Assembly: GCA_000165425.1 (NCBI GenBank) | Contig: CT868674.1 | Location: forward strand, 310,001-332,550 | Length of the DNA: 22,550 nt | From: Paramecium tetraurelia | Taxonomy: Eukaryota | Direction: 5' to 3' | Shown here: one piece after another, positions 10,504-22,550 of the stretch | Layout: each line of letters opens with the position of its first letter | How positions within the stretch are numbered: position 1 is the stretch's first letter | Made by a program: the position numbers and the translations under genes | The notes under the pieces: generated by a model | Told to the model about the DNA's origin: nothing | The model's database searches: none | What the model saw: the letters and a program-made list of their open reading frames with translations, nothing else

Positions 10504-13500
10504 TCAAATCCTTGTGAAATCTTCGAATATTTCTTCTAAACTACTATGCATTGCAAGAAAGTGCATTAAATGAAACGCGGATTGAGTTCCATATTTTTCA
10601 TACTTTTCGCTATTATTCTATAAATGAAAATTCTTCCGAAAACTATAACTGGTTCAAAAATCACTTGAGACACTATAATGTTGCCAGCAAAGATTATTGC
10701 CACCTTATATTCTTCTGATAATATTGTTATTCTAAATTAGTATAATATATACTTCATAAGGTTAAGAACATATGTAATAAGATTAGGGGTCATCAAAAAC
10801 GCAATAAGAAGAAACTGACTAATGAAGGCAGCTATCCTTTTGAACCTATATATAGCTTCAACTATCTTGTATATAAATCTCATTAATAAAATAATGACAG
10901 GGTTTAGAATAATAAATAAACAAATGTAAAGTATTTAATTATCTAAAATCTCAAATTCAACAATTGCTAAAGTTAACAATAAATTGAATTAGGAGAGTAC
11001 TTCTAAAATTTGATAACTTAATTTAATATTTTAGTCTTTATAATTAAACAGTGAAATTGTTTAGTGAATTTACTAAGATACGAATATAATTTTACTTTAA
11101 ATTTATCCTTGAATACTTTAAAATTACCTTAATATGTCAATTTATTGATATGAAAATTATTTCTAGGGCTCAACTTAATTTATTCAATATCAGACTTCTC
11201 TTACTCGTTTTTATAATCTTTATATATTTACATAGTGTAGATAACCAAAAATATAAATGATAGTGAGCTAATATAAATTTCTAAAGTCAAAAAATTTTCA
11301 AATGAGGATGCAATTTGAGGATCATATAATGATTAAATAGTGGAATTTTCATTTTTAAGATTAAAATTCGTCGAGGTAGAAAGGAAAATATCACCAAACT
11401 TATCGCATTCACAAATTATTTTCATAGAATCGTTGTTTTATACTTTATTTAAATGGCACTAATACCAGAGACCGTAGAGACTGTCCTCGTTACACATTTA
11501 ATTTCATATTCAGATAAATATTAAGTAGTATTTTTTACAAACTTGATAGGATCCAAAGTTTGTACCATAAATAGATGAAAAATTTTCATATGATATAAAT
11601 TTATTATGGTAGACATTTTTCAATTATGTTAGATAGTAATATTATGTGTATATTTTTAGTGTTGAGTCATTAGATTAAGTTTTGAGTAATTCTTTTAGTT
11701 CTGAACTGAATCTTAACGGATTTTTTTAAAATTAAAGTGATTCCAATTAAATATAATCTACTAGAAAATCTTCTTAGGCTGGTTCAATATTAAATTATGA
11801 ATTGAATGATGATCTTGTTCTTCTTTTTAATTACCAAATAATTTCATTTCCATTAAAAACCAAGGGCTCTTTGTTTACTATAATTGTATTTTATGTTTCC
11901 TCTGAAATTAAAGGAATGAACTTTAACAAATCAACAATAGCCTAATAAAGTACTTCATTTTGTAAATTTATATTTGAAAAATTTGAATAAATGTCATCTA
12001 GGTAGTATAATTAATTTCTTAAGCAATCTTGTGAGCTTTAATACTGTTGAAAGACTTATTCATTCCATGTATATTAATTTAGTTATAGCTCATCCTAAAA
12101 TTGTATTTTTAGCTTTCTAAAATATTTTAGGGTTCTGTTTAAATTATTTGTATATTATTTTAAGTTTTATATTTTGACCGTTAGATCAACTTCAGGTTAA
12201 GTGGTATTTTACATAATAAATACATGAGTTGAGTTGATATCAAAGCACCTATCAATTGTTAAATTATCTAAAGGTTCATTTTACATAGATTAGATTAAGG
12301 ACTGCTTATATAATTTTAATGATTGAAATCTCAGAATATTATCATTATAATCTTCTTATATTGATTCTTATAGCAAATCAAGATAAATTTTAGAATGAAG
12401 ATCGAGGCATTTTTAATTCATAGCTTCAAATAGCAATGATACCTTGCCTTATAAATTGAAGTTCTAATATTAAATTGAAGTACAATTTATTTTGGCAGGT
12501 TTCACAGCAATTTATTCAAAAATTTATGTCATTGATCCTCCATTATCAAGCACTTAAACTAAAATTCCAATTTTTGTAGAGTCAATCGATGTAGGTGTTT
12601 AAATTGAAAATTAATTTTAAGCTTAAAATGGATAAAGAATTAAAGAGTTATCCAATCCACCTTGCAAAAAATCTGTTAAGTCTGAGTCTCTCAAAATAAC
12701 TTAAGCTAATATTTAAAAGGTGAATCATTTGATAGATCGCAAGTACTAACTACTATTATATCAGTTAATGCCAAGTTATTAGAACGAGTAATAAATAATT
12801 TTGAACATTAAGGCGGCTGGTTTACTAATAGTTTAAGATTATTTAAGCTTGGCATGATATTATTGGTATACTAAGCTGCAAATTTAATATTGACCTCATC
12901 ACCAAGATTTAATTCCTTAATGCTATTAAAGATCTTGAATTAATGGGAAATGTATTTTGGTTACAGTATTTCTATTATTTCATAGTTATAAATAATTGCA
13001 ATTGATAAATCTAAAAGGTAAGGTTTTTAATCAAAAGGAATAAGAAATGTAAAATTCAGTTATTCGTAATTGTTAATCTTTCTCATTAAATAACCTTTAT
13101 TAAATTCTAGATCAAGCATAGGGAAATCATCATCTAGATAAACAATAATTAAGGAAAATTTCTAATCTTGTTGAAATTTTGTGACTAACACAGACCACTC
13201 TTAAACTGTGAAAGCCGAAATCGAATTCCTTCTGATGAATTAATATGGGGTAGTCTAATTAACATTAATGATTTGCTTTTATTCATTTTAACATGTGCTG
13301 TTCGATTATAAATCCATACAAGCTACTTAAATATACAAATCTGGATCACTATTCCAATCAAATATTGTGTCTAAATCTTTGCATTCAATATAGAGGATCA
13401 GGTCTTTACTCATACTTTAAATTCCTCGATTGCTGAACTAACAAAAAAATCCAGCAAACAGAATGTCAATAGTCAAATTTTCTTTTTGGACTTGGTTAGT

Positions 13501-16500
13501 AACTATATTTGTTGCAGTCACTAAAAATGTATATGTAGAATTTGGGCTCAAAGTATATTTAGGAATTGTTGTATAGATCATCTCAAAGGAATTAGAATAA
13601 ACTGAAGTGTTTAATTATGAGGACAATGATATGCGAGGATTTCTATCCATTTCAATAAGTTAAATCTAATATTTAAAATTACTTTTGGAATTTGATTAAT
13701 CTGAATTGCCAGCAGAAACTCCAATTAAAATTGTCTAATAAACGAAATATGAGGATTTTGCATTTATATTGATTTAAGGAAGAGCTCCTGAATGAGTGTA
13801 AATTATAAATTCTGAAAAGGAAGAGATATGGATGAAATTTTCATAGTAGATTTTAAATGATAATTCTGCATCTTTTGGTAAAGTAAGTTTAGGTATTAAT
13901 AAATTATATTCTTAAACAAAGTTAAGTTAATCTAAATATTGTTTAAGGGTAGAACTATCATCAGTTGATTTGACTTGACAAGCCCAAATAATATTATCTA
14001 ATTTTCTATTTCCATTATTTTTTATTGACTTTAAATAGACAGAATTATCTGCTAAAGGATTCAGTTAATGAAGCGGTATATGATATTATATCTATGGAGG
14101 AAGAGGGTTTATTGGCATTTATAATGTATTTAAGATAAAGATTTGCAAAGTGATTTCACAATTAATGTGAGACAAGGTACTACTTTTAAATAGGATTTCG
14201 TCGCCGACTAAGATTTTCGAGTTTTCACCTAGTGAGATTAATAATTCTTAATTGTCATCCGGGTTAAGATAACAAACAGAATTTTAACCCAAGCTTTGTA
14301 CAAATTCTACTTCAAATAGTTATAGTAATTTATAAGTGTAAATGGATTCTACTTATGATCTAAAGCCCTTGGGATTTAAAGGAAAATCAAAATGAATTAT
14401 AATCTTACTAAGATCATCCGATAGATATGCTTTAATAACAGCAACCTCACAAGCTAAAGGTATTATTTAAAATTTACTTGAACACCAAGGAGTATTTTGA
14501 TAAGAAATTGAATTTGGGGGAGGTATACAATCCATATCTTCATTTAATATTCTATTGGCAAAACAAGACAAGCATCCATTCATATTGCATTCTAAACAGG
14601 TCACATCACATAGTTAGCAATCTTCATTAATTTGGTCGTCAAAATAACCATATTAGCAAATACATTAAGGTTCTTGAATTCTATCACCTTTACAAGTCTT
14701 GCAATTTAAAGGATCTAACTCACAAGTAGCACATTAAAATACACATTCTAAAAGTTTTAATAATTTAATACATGAGCATAATAATTGTCCAATTTCAAAA
14801 TACCCATCAATACATTTGCAATCTTATCCTATTCTTCCAGGATTGCAACTTAAGCAGTTTGAGGGTTAGAATATACATGTACTACATTGAGAAGCACAAC
14901 CTTTTATTAAGAATAAACTTACTTTAACAAATTAATTACTCGTCTTCATAATAACCATCCATACAATTACATGTAGGTGGATTAGTTCGTATTAAATTTG
15001 AACAAATTAAACAACTATTCTCTTAAAATATACAGGTTTTACACCTGAAATTACAGAGTTAGCATTTAAGTTAAGTCCCATCATCATAATAGCCTTATTT
15101 ACAATTACATTAATCCGATAAATTCAATCGATTTGAATTTTATTAGAAGTTACAACTTAGACATTAATCAGCTTAGTTAACGCAGCTCTAACACTTCATA
15201 TGACACTCTATTAGTTTAATTTAAGAGAATTACTTTAGCAAGTCTAATTCTGATCTTGATAAAATCCAAAAATACAAGGACATTTATGGATAATAGATTG
15301 ATCAATTCTTTTTGAATTGATATCACAACTAGTACAATAATCAGCTAAGCCATAACAAGTTAAGCATTCATTTGAGCATTCTAATGTCATTGAAATGTAT
15401 TACTTTAACATTTATCTGTATTTGACTCATAATAACCAGCTTTACATAAGCACTTATTTCCTGAAAAATACCTTTAATGTTCAATGTCATAACAAGATAC
15501 ACAGGTTGAAGCAGAAGATTGACAGATCTTGCAAACATTATTACATTTCTAACACATTTCAATACCTGCATCGTAATAGCCATCCTAACACAAGCAAGTA
15601 TTATTTATTAATATTCTTTTGAATTCACTTAAGCATGTTAAACAATAGGTATTCAAATTTTAACAAGTCCCGCAAGATAAATGACATTCTAAATTAATTT
15701 ACATTTAATTACATTAGCAATTTTATTAATTTGTTTCAAAATATCCATCGTTACATAAGCAACTCTTTTAATCTGAACTATAATGCCTTGTAGATAATCT
15801 ACATTATGTACATTCTTTATTGTTTTTACAATCTAGACATTTGATATTACATTCTAAATAAATATACAATTTTACATTCACATTAAGTAGTCAAAGAATC
15901 AAAATAATAGGATTTTGCACAAACACATTTATTATAAACTAAAGCTAAATTATAATCAGTATCACAACTAGTGCAATTATCATATTATAATGCACAAGTC
16001 AAACAGGAACTCAAACATTATTCGCAATTTAAAGTAACAGGATCTTCAAAATATCCTTAGCGACATTCACAAGTATTTCCAGATTTAAATTCTCTAAAAT
16101 TCTCAATAGAGCATGTTAAGCAGTAAGTATTAGTATTAGCACAAGACAAGCAAGTCCTATCACATAATTTACATTATTTATCAACATTTGATTCAAACAT
16201 TCCAACATTACAAATGCAGTCATTATTGTTCAAGAATCGATATTAAACGCAAGAAGTGCAATTAGTTTTAGATTTAGAACAAGTCTTGCAACTTGATTAG
16301 CATTATTCACATATTCCATTAATTTCAATATAACCTTACAAACAATCACAAGTAAAGGTTAATAAGTTAAGTTCTCTAAATTAGTCAGAATCACAAGATT
16401 TGCAATTCTTTGATGTAATTTCACATGTAAGGCAATTAGAATTACATTTAGAACAAAGTTATAAACCAACATCGTAATATCCTTTCTGACATTTACAGTT

Positions 16501-19500
16501 TGTTTCTATTTTTCTTGTCTAGGGACATGATAAACATGAATAAGATTGTTCTATACAACTTAAGCATTAAATATCACATTTTTAGCATTATGTTGATTTT
16601 CCATCATCAAAATACCCAAATAAACATTGACATGTATTATTATAAAATACCCTATTTGAAGTATTCATCTCTACACATGAGATACAGGAATTAGAGTTTC
16701 CAGAACTACAAGTTAAACAAGAGTAATGACAATTTTGGCAATTTTCAACTCCAGTATCATAATATCCAATATTACAATCACAAGAAAAAAACTAATCATT
16801 AAAAATTCTGTTTGATTCAAATGAACACAATTCGCATTTGGTTTCAACATCATTACATCTAAGGCAAGAGTAATGGCATTCTTAAAATGATTAATAACAG
16901 ATTTACATTTGCAAATTTCGTTCACTCCATCATCATAATATCTTTGAATACATTGACATTTTTTGAAACCAGAAACATATTACCTGAAGCTATTATCTAC
17001 ACAAGAAGTGCAACTTTCAGATTGCTTCGAGCATTCTTAACATTTATAACTGCACTCTATCTGTAAAATCTTATTAAATACTTTAACACTCAGGCAATCC
17101 TGCATCAAAATATCCTCCTTTACAGACACAAGTACTTCCAACTTACAATCGTTGTTCAGATTCTATACAAGTAATGCAATCTCCTTCCTCAATTCCTCCA
17201 CAGGTTCCACATGAATAATGGCATTCTAATCATTATTTTGATCATATACTTTAGCATTTAATCATCCCATTATATTCAAATGTACTTACTGATCCTCCAT
17301 TTAATTTTGTAATGCATTTGCAAGTATTGTTAATTAATATCTATCATCGTTGCAAGAAATACAATTTTCAAAATTGCTAGCACATTNNNNNNNNNNNNNN
17401 NNNNNNNNNNNNNNNNNNNNNNNNNNNNNNNNNNNNNNNNNNNNNNNNNNNNNNNNNNNNNNNNNNNNNNNNNNNNNNNNNNNNNNNNNNNNNNNNNNNN
17501 NNNNNNNNNNNNNNNNNNNNNNNNNNNNNNNNNNNNNNCAGGAGGCATGTGCCGTAATCCACTGCAAGCTATATTTTACATTAAGATTATTACCAGTGCA
17601 TTCCTAAACTTCCATTTCGAAGTAATGTGGTTTGCATTTGCATTCATTATCATTAAACTCTCTATAAGCGACGGAATCGCATGTGAGACAGTTATTCTCC
17701 TCCTTTCCATCACAGGCTTTGCATTTGAGATGGCATCCTACTATAGTCAAGAGAATTACTTTAACAAGCTATTTCATCTTGTTTATCATAATATTCTCCT
17801 GGACAATAACACCCTTTCACAGGATCAAGTACACGTAAAGGATTTAATGGACAAGTTAAACATTTTTCTGCTGAGGTTTCACATGTTTCACATCTGTATG
17901 AACATTCTAATAGACTGTTAATAATAAGATAGTTACTTTTACACTAAGCAATCCCACTTTCTTCATAATATCCATCGATGCATTTGCAGATGTTGCCCTT
18001 TAATACTCTAAAATTAAGCTCAAAAGAACAAACTATACAACTATCAAAAGTGTTCTCAAAACAAAATTGGCAAGAGTAGTGACATTCTATAAATTTATAC
18101 TTTAGAATTACTTGCACATTCTAAAAATCCAATATCATAGTGCCCTATTGGACATATACAAGATGATAAATCCATTTACCTAAAATTTGTATCGCAGGTT
18201 AGACAATTTGAGAGTAGAGGACCATTACATGTTAAACAATTTTAATGGCATAATTGACATTGTGATGAAAATCCATCATCAAAATAATTTTCAGAATTGC
18301 AAATGCATTCAAATTTACTCCCAGATGAGCTAGGTTTTCTAGTTGGAGGACATAGTTAACATGCCTCTTTTTCAGTATTGTTAGTACATGTGACACATGA
18401 ATAATGGCATTCTATTAATAAAAGCTAATAATTTACTTTAGCACTCTATGTTTTCTGTTTCATCATCATAATATGATAATTTACACAAGCATTCCCCTGT
18501 AGGTGTCAATTCTCTATTAGAACTTTCTGAGCATTATACGCAATTTGTGTTTTGAGTACCATCACAACTTCCACATGTATAATGACAAACTATGTATAAT
18601 TTGCTAAATACTTATGCAAACGTCTAGAGTGCCATTAAGATCACCAGAATTAACTTAGCATTCGCAGCTAAAAGTCTCAGAAACAACACGATTTTGTCCA
18701 GGTATACATGTTAGACAATATTAATTTGAAGTAGAGTCAGCTGCTTAGAAACATGTTTTACATCTTGGATGGCAAGCTAAAATTTAATTTAATTAATACA
18801 TACATCCACATTTTGATTCTTTAATTACCAAATCTGCATATCCAGCTTTGCATGGACAAACACTCTCAATTTTGATTCTGTTTGATGTGTTTTCATCTGG
18901 ACATTCGGTACAATCTTAATTTGTTGGACCATTACAATTATAACATGTATAATCGCAGGCTAAAATATGAATCAACAAATCTACCAAGACAGATTTAATC
19001 ATCATTTCCAGGATCATAATAACCAGTTATACAATCACATAGTTTATTGGCTAGTATTCTGTTTCTTCCAGATTTACATGAAATACATGAATAAAAGTCC
19101 TGCTGTTCACATTCATTACATAAACCCTCTGTACAAGTTATGCAATTATTTTGTGCCATACCAAAATATGGTAAGCATACGCAGGTACCATTAACTGCTA
19201 TTTTAGTTTCCAAAATATCACAAGTTGTACAATAACTTGGATTGGTATCCAAACAAGTAGAACATTTTTAATCACAATATACTAATTCGCATGTTCCATC
19301 GGGCAGTAATGCATACCCTGCTAAACAAGCTATGCAATTATTTCCTAATGGATCTAATAAGAGACAATGTTCTTTAAATTGTCTAACAACTATAAGGATG
19401 ATAAATTTATATTTACATTCACATTTGTTTTGTTCTGAACCTTAATAGTAACCCGGATCGCAAATATCACAAATTGTTTTCTATTTCTGATATAATATAT

Positions 19501-20556
19501 TACATATGATAATGAACCCATTTAGTCAGCTGTATAATTTACCTATTATCTTGAAGGATGACAATTCCAATCATAATAGTGACAAGCTTTTTTATCATAA
19601 TTATTTTGCTACTCATATCTTAAAAATAATCCCCATGCACATTCTTCACAAGTAAAACTTGAAGTTAATTTATACGGAGCATTACAAGGTAAAAAATTGC
19701 CTATAAAATACTCCCTTTAATATAATAACCATAACATCTCGGAGGATATTAGCTCGTCTCCTTATAGTATCCATGTAGGCATTAATTGCCATAAGTAACA
19801 AATTAAGATGAATCGACGAAGCAATCTTGAAATCCGTTGCAATCTATAAATTAAAATTGTTACTAAATTACCTTATGAACATGATTTATCATTTGAATCT
19901 TTTTTTTACCAACCCTATCTGCATAAATAACATTCTTTAGTTTGTGAGCATTCAATACAATTTCCATAACAGGCTTTAATATTAAAATTTGAATTACATA
20001 ATGGAGGATCTGTATATCTTCTATCGTAATACTAATAATAATCGTTGCATTAATAACCGTAGTAGGGGAGTTTACAAAATAAACATTTACTAAAGCCCTA
20101 ATATTATGAAAATATCAAACACCGTTTTTCTAAATCATAATATGTATATTCTATTCATATAATGAAAATTCTTACATTAACAATAATATTTATAATGTCC
20201 ATCTGATAACAACTCCATTACTAATGACATGCCTAATGCGAGTCCACAATGAACTGAATATTTGTCTCTATAAGGAAACCCTCCTGCTCCCCAAGGTTAA
20301 AATCTTGGATGACACACATATTATGTTCCATTTGATTAAGTTTTTATTATTGGTTCTGTTACACCTTGGCAAATAGAAGCATAAGCTATGATTAACACTA
20401 ATACTTACAAACACATTAATGAGGGTGCATGTCAGGTACATACACATGTAGATCAGGGCACTAAAGATACTACCATCCAAAAACACCTTCATAATATTAT
20501 TAATAGTCTTTGTATCCTATTACTGTATAGATGAGTATTAATCCAATCAACCACAT
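10504..20556 (-). CDS. Giant surface/membrane protein (~3100 aa): signal peptide, ~30 furin-like Cys-rich repeats, REJ-like region, GPS-like motif and ~5 TM helices; ~27 introns; contains frameshifts (sequencing errors or recent pseudogene)
   Basis: ATG 20556 gives MWLIGLILIYTVIG (signal peptide). Repeats of the type CHYSCxTC..C..C...R......CxCxxGYYD....C run from ~19300 to ~14530. REJ-like motifs are IPKYTLSPNSTYTFLVTA, LLVNQPPQC and ILVQVLDNGG. CECDKFGDIFL lies at 11413-11381, and hydrophobic helices at 11290-10620. The likely end is ...HSSLEEIFEDFTRI-TGA at 10506-10504, which needs a 1-nt shift at ~10577; otherwise the frame stops at TGA 10424-10422. Confidence 0.85.
14530..19300 (-). repeat. 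Tandem array of ~50-aa Cys-rich (furin-like / growth-factor-receptor type) protein repeats
   Basis: A regular Cys spacing pattern with a GY(Y/F)(D/E) motif recurs every ~150 coding nt. Nucleotide identity between units is low. Confidence 0.9.
17387..17538. other. Assembly gap (152 N)
   Basis: Run of N inside the Cys-rich array. Confidence 0.99.
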
Positions 20557-20779
20557 AATGATACTTTTTTTTTTTGCTCACTATATTTAATTCTTAGATT
20601 ATATTAAAAGGTCGTTTGGTCTTTTTTTATATTAAAAATTCCTTAATAAATAGGTCAGAATTATTTCTTTCAAAGAAAAATTACAAATTTAATTGCACAA
20701 TACTCTAAATTGAGATAGAAACTATAATTAGCCATATTGATTAAACAAACATAAATTCACAAGATTGTTTCAATTTCTA

Positions 20780-22023
20780 TGGTACTCCTTATACAATATA
20801 TTATATATAAGGTGAATATTGATTTCTTAAAGGTCACTAATTCTATTTAGCATGAGCTTTAAAAATTTATATAATTTCAACCATTGAGTTTGCTTAAGCA
20901 ATTGTGTTTCAAAAGAAGCACATTAATTGAATAATACTATTCTCTATTTATTATTATCTATGTGAATGGTTAGTCCAAACTTTATCATGAAGATCATCAG
21001 ATGCTTTACAAAGAGAAATTCCTAGTTTGAAGTAATTACTACCAATCTCTTTATCTCTTTAATTATTGTATAAAGATTCTTTAGATCTCAAAAAGTTTGG
21101 TTGTTAGAGAGTAGAGGTCTTAAGATGCTAAATCTATTGCCAAACTAGTTCTTAAGGTCTATCAAAAGTTAATGAAGGTTCACTCCCATAAGACTCTTGA
21201 TATCTACTAAGACAAGATACAAGGGAAAAGAAATATGAAGTAGAACTTTTTCATTTTGAGAAAAAGGGTTGATTCTGATGATTACTGACCATTAGAGAAA
21301 TAAAATAGATATAAATTATAATGAAATCAAAAGAAAGCAAATATTAACATGTGATAAGCTTTTAATGATTAATAATTAGTTATTGGCAAACACCTTTAGA
21401 TGTTTTTGATAACTTTACCTAATATTTTAAGCTACATATATTAGACTTAAAAAAGGTGAAGCAAGAGATTCAACTTGGTTTACTTACTTAGCCTTAACTG
21501 CATATTCAAGAATTATGAACGCGGAAGTTAAGTAAGCTTATTTTCTACTACTTTTGTATATCCAACAATTTCCTAACAAGATATGAAAGTATTCAATCAT
21601 CTCTCATAATCCTAATGTATTCCTAACTCGAATCACAAATTCAGATTTATGAAATACACATAACCAGGTTGGTTTTTATTTCAACTCCTCTTCTATTTAT
21701 TTCACTCGAAAAGTTAGTATCTGGCTGATAATACTATGATAGTAGCTAAATATTGTCTAATGAATATTTTGTGAGGATTGGAAAAATCAAAAAATGAACT
21801 CACAAGCTTAAGTAAAGTATTAGGATAATTAAATAAGAAGAAAGTTCATAGTAACCTATCAATTAAGTAGTTATTAAAGAAACCAATAAATTATACATTA
21901 CCAATACTATAAGGATAGATCATTCTAGTTTTTGACATGATTCCAAGAATACCTGAAGCATTGGAGATTTCTATCTTTTTTGATGTATTTATTAAACTTT
22001 AAGAGTTGGAATATTAGAGTTGA
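20780..22023 (+). pseudogene. Possible degenerate coding relic, unidentified
   Basis: GC content is higher than in the flanks. Protein-like fragments (QDAKSIAKLVLKVYQKLMKVHSHKTLDIYQDKIQG; RDSTWFTYLALTAYSRIMNAEVK; VFDMIPRIPEALEISIFFDVFIKLQELEYQS*) are interrupted by TGAs (21028, 21286) and frame changes that I could not repair with canonical introns. Confidence 0.35.
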
Positions 22024-22550
22024 GTATTGTTAAAGGGTTTCAATATAATTTCCTCTATAAAATATTAAAATAAATTATTAACATATATTTTTCTTATCAT
22101 TTTATTCATTAAATACTATCCTTTATGATTTATGCTGAAATTATAGAGTTTAATAATCTCTTAAAGAATTAATTAAGTTTTAAATAATTATGAGATTAGA
22201 AATTTAATGACTATAGGATTTTAGTCAAATATTATAAATTTAAAAAGTGTCATAATTATTTATGTTTATTCTAATATTAGAAAATGAACTTATATTGTAA
22301 TTGATTTCGACAACTGTTTAATTATGTACATGTCAAGGATAGGTAATGAAAAATTTGAATGTTAAGTATAATTTATAATAAAAAGTAATTTGTTGACTAA
22401 TTAACATCCTGTAATCGGAAAAGAAACTGAAAACTTAGTCAGAATTTAAACAACAATCTAATATATGGATTCGAAGATAGGTATTGATCAATGTATGAAT
22501 TAGTTGAATTAAAATATCCGGTCCTTAAATCCTTGGCAAATAAAGAGCTC

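Larger units (their letters stand above)
10732..20408 (-). other. About 27 tiny spliceosomal introns (21-30 nt) of the giant gene
   Basis: GT..AG on the minus strand at plus coordinates 20386-20408, 20151-20175, 19974-19997 (in-frame, uncertain), 19844-19871, 19701-19729, 19481-19503, 19390-19416, 18960-18984, 18777-18803, 18590-18611, 18412-18436, 18087-18111, 17907-17936, 17738-17759, 17569-17593, 17226-17249, 17057-17081, 16881-16906, 15854-15875, 15689-15712, 15381-15403, 15208-15233, 14901-14922, 14748-14771, 14454-14477, 11073-11095 and 10732-10752. Removing them restores the frame or the repeat spacing. Confidence 0.85.

Noticed and set aside
14530..19300. CRISPR-like or DNA-level tandem array
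   Set aside because: The periodicity is at the protein level (Cys codons and intron positions). There are no identical nucleotide repeats with spacers, and the sequence is eukaryotic.
153..20492. ORFs in the supplied six-frame track
   Set aside because: They were computed with TAA/TAG as stops. Most are antisense or off-frame shadows of real genes. Only 179-451 (-), 18995-19252 (-) and part of 17334-17567 (-) are fragments of true frames.
21060..21300. Resemblance of the right-end relic to Prp8 or eIF3c
   Set aside because: Only a few residues matched from memory, with no sustained motif match.
1..22550. tRNA/rRNA genes, transposons or retained IESs
   Set aside because: I saw no cloverleaf, rRNA-like GC-rich segment, transposase/RT motif or frame-breaking TA-bounded insert with TAYAG ends. 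Small elements cannot be excluded without a search.

Overview
AT-rich eukaryotic DNA from a ciliate, most likely the Paramecium macronuclear genome. Long frames are open only if TAA/TAG are read as Gln with TGA as the sole stop (genetic code 6), and genes carry many 20-30 nt GT..AG introns, so the supplied standard-code ORF track is mostly uninformative. Contents in order: (1) the 5' part of an adenylate kinase 9-like gene (minus strand, runs off the left edge, with one frameshifted spot); (2) a 3-intron hypothetical gene (4160->2823, minus) whose 3' end overlaps, or is spliced into, the AK9-like frame; (3) a divergent intronless gene for a probably myristoylated 309-aa protein only 27 nt away; (4) about 3 kb with no intact gene and possible decayed coding remnants; (5) an intronless 540-aa WD40 protein; (6) a ~10 kb gene with about 27 introns (20556->10504, minus) for a ~3100-aa surface receptor made of a signal peptide, ~30 furin-like Cys-rich repeats, a REJ-like region, a degenerate GPS-like motif and ~5 TM helices (polycystin-1-like architecture), with several 1-nt frameshifts and a 152-N gap; (7) a possible pseudogene relic at the right end. 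I found no clearly new biological system. The best leads are the AK9 fusion/overlap junction, the truncated polycystin-1-like receptor and its repeat-locked introns. All translations were done by hand.
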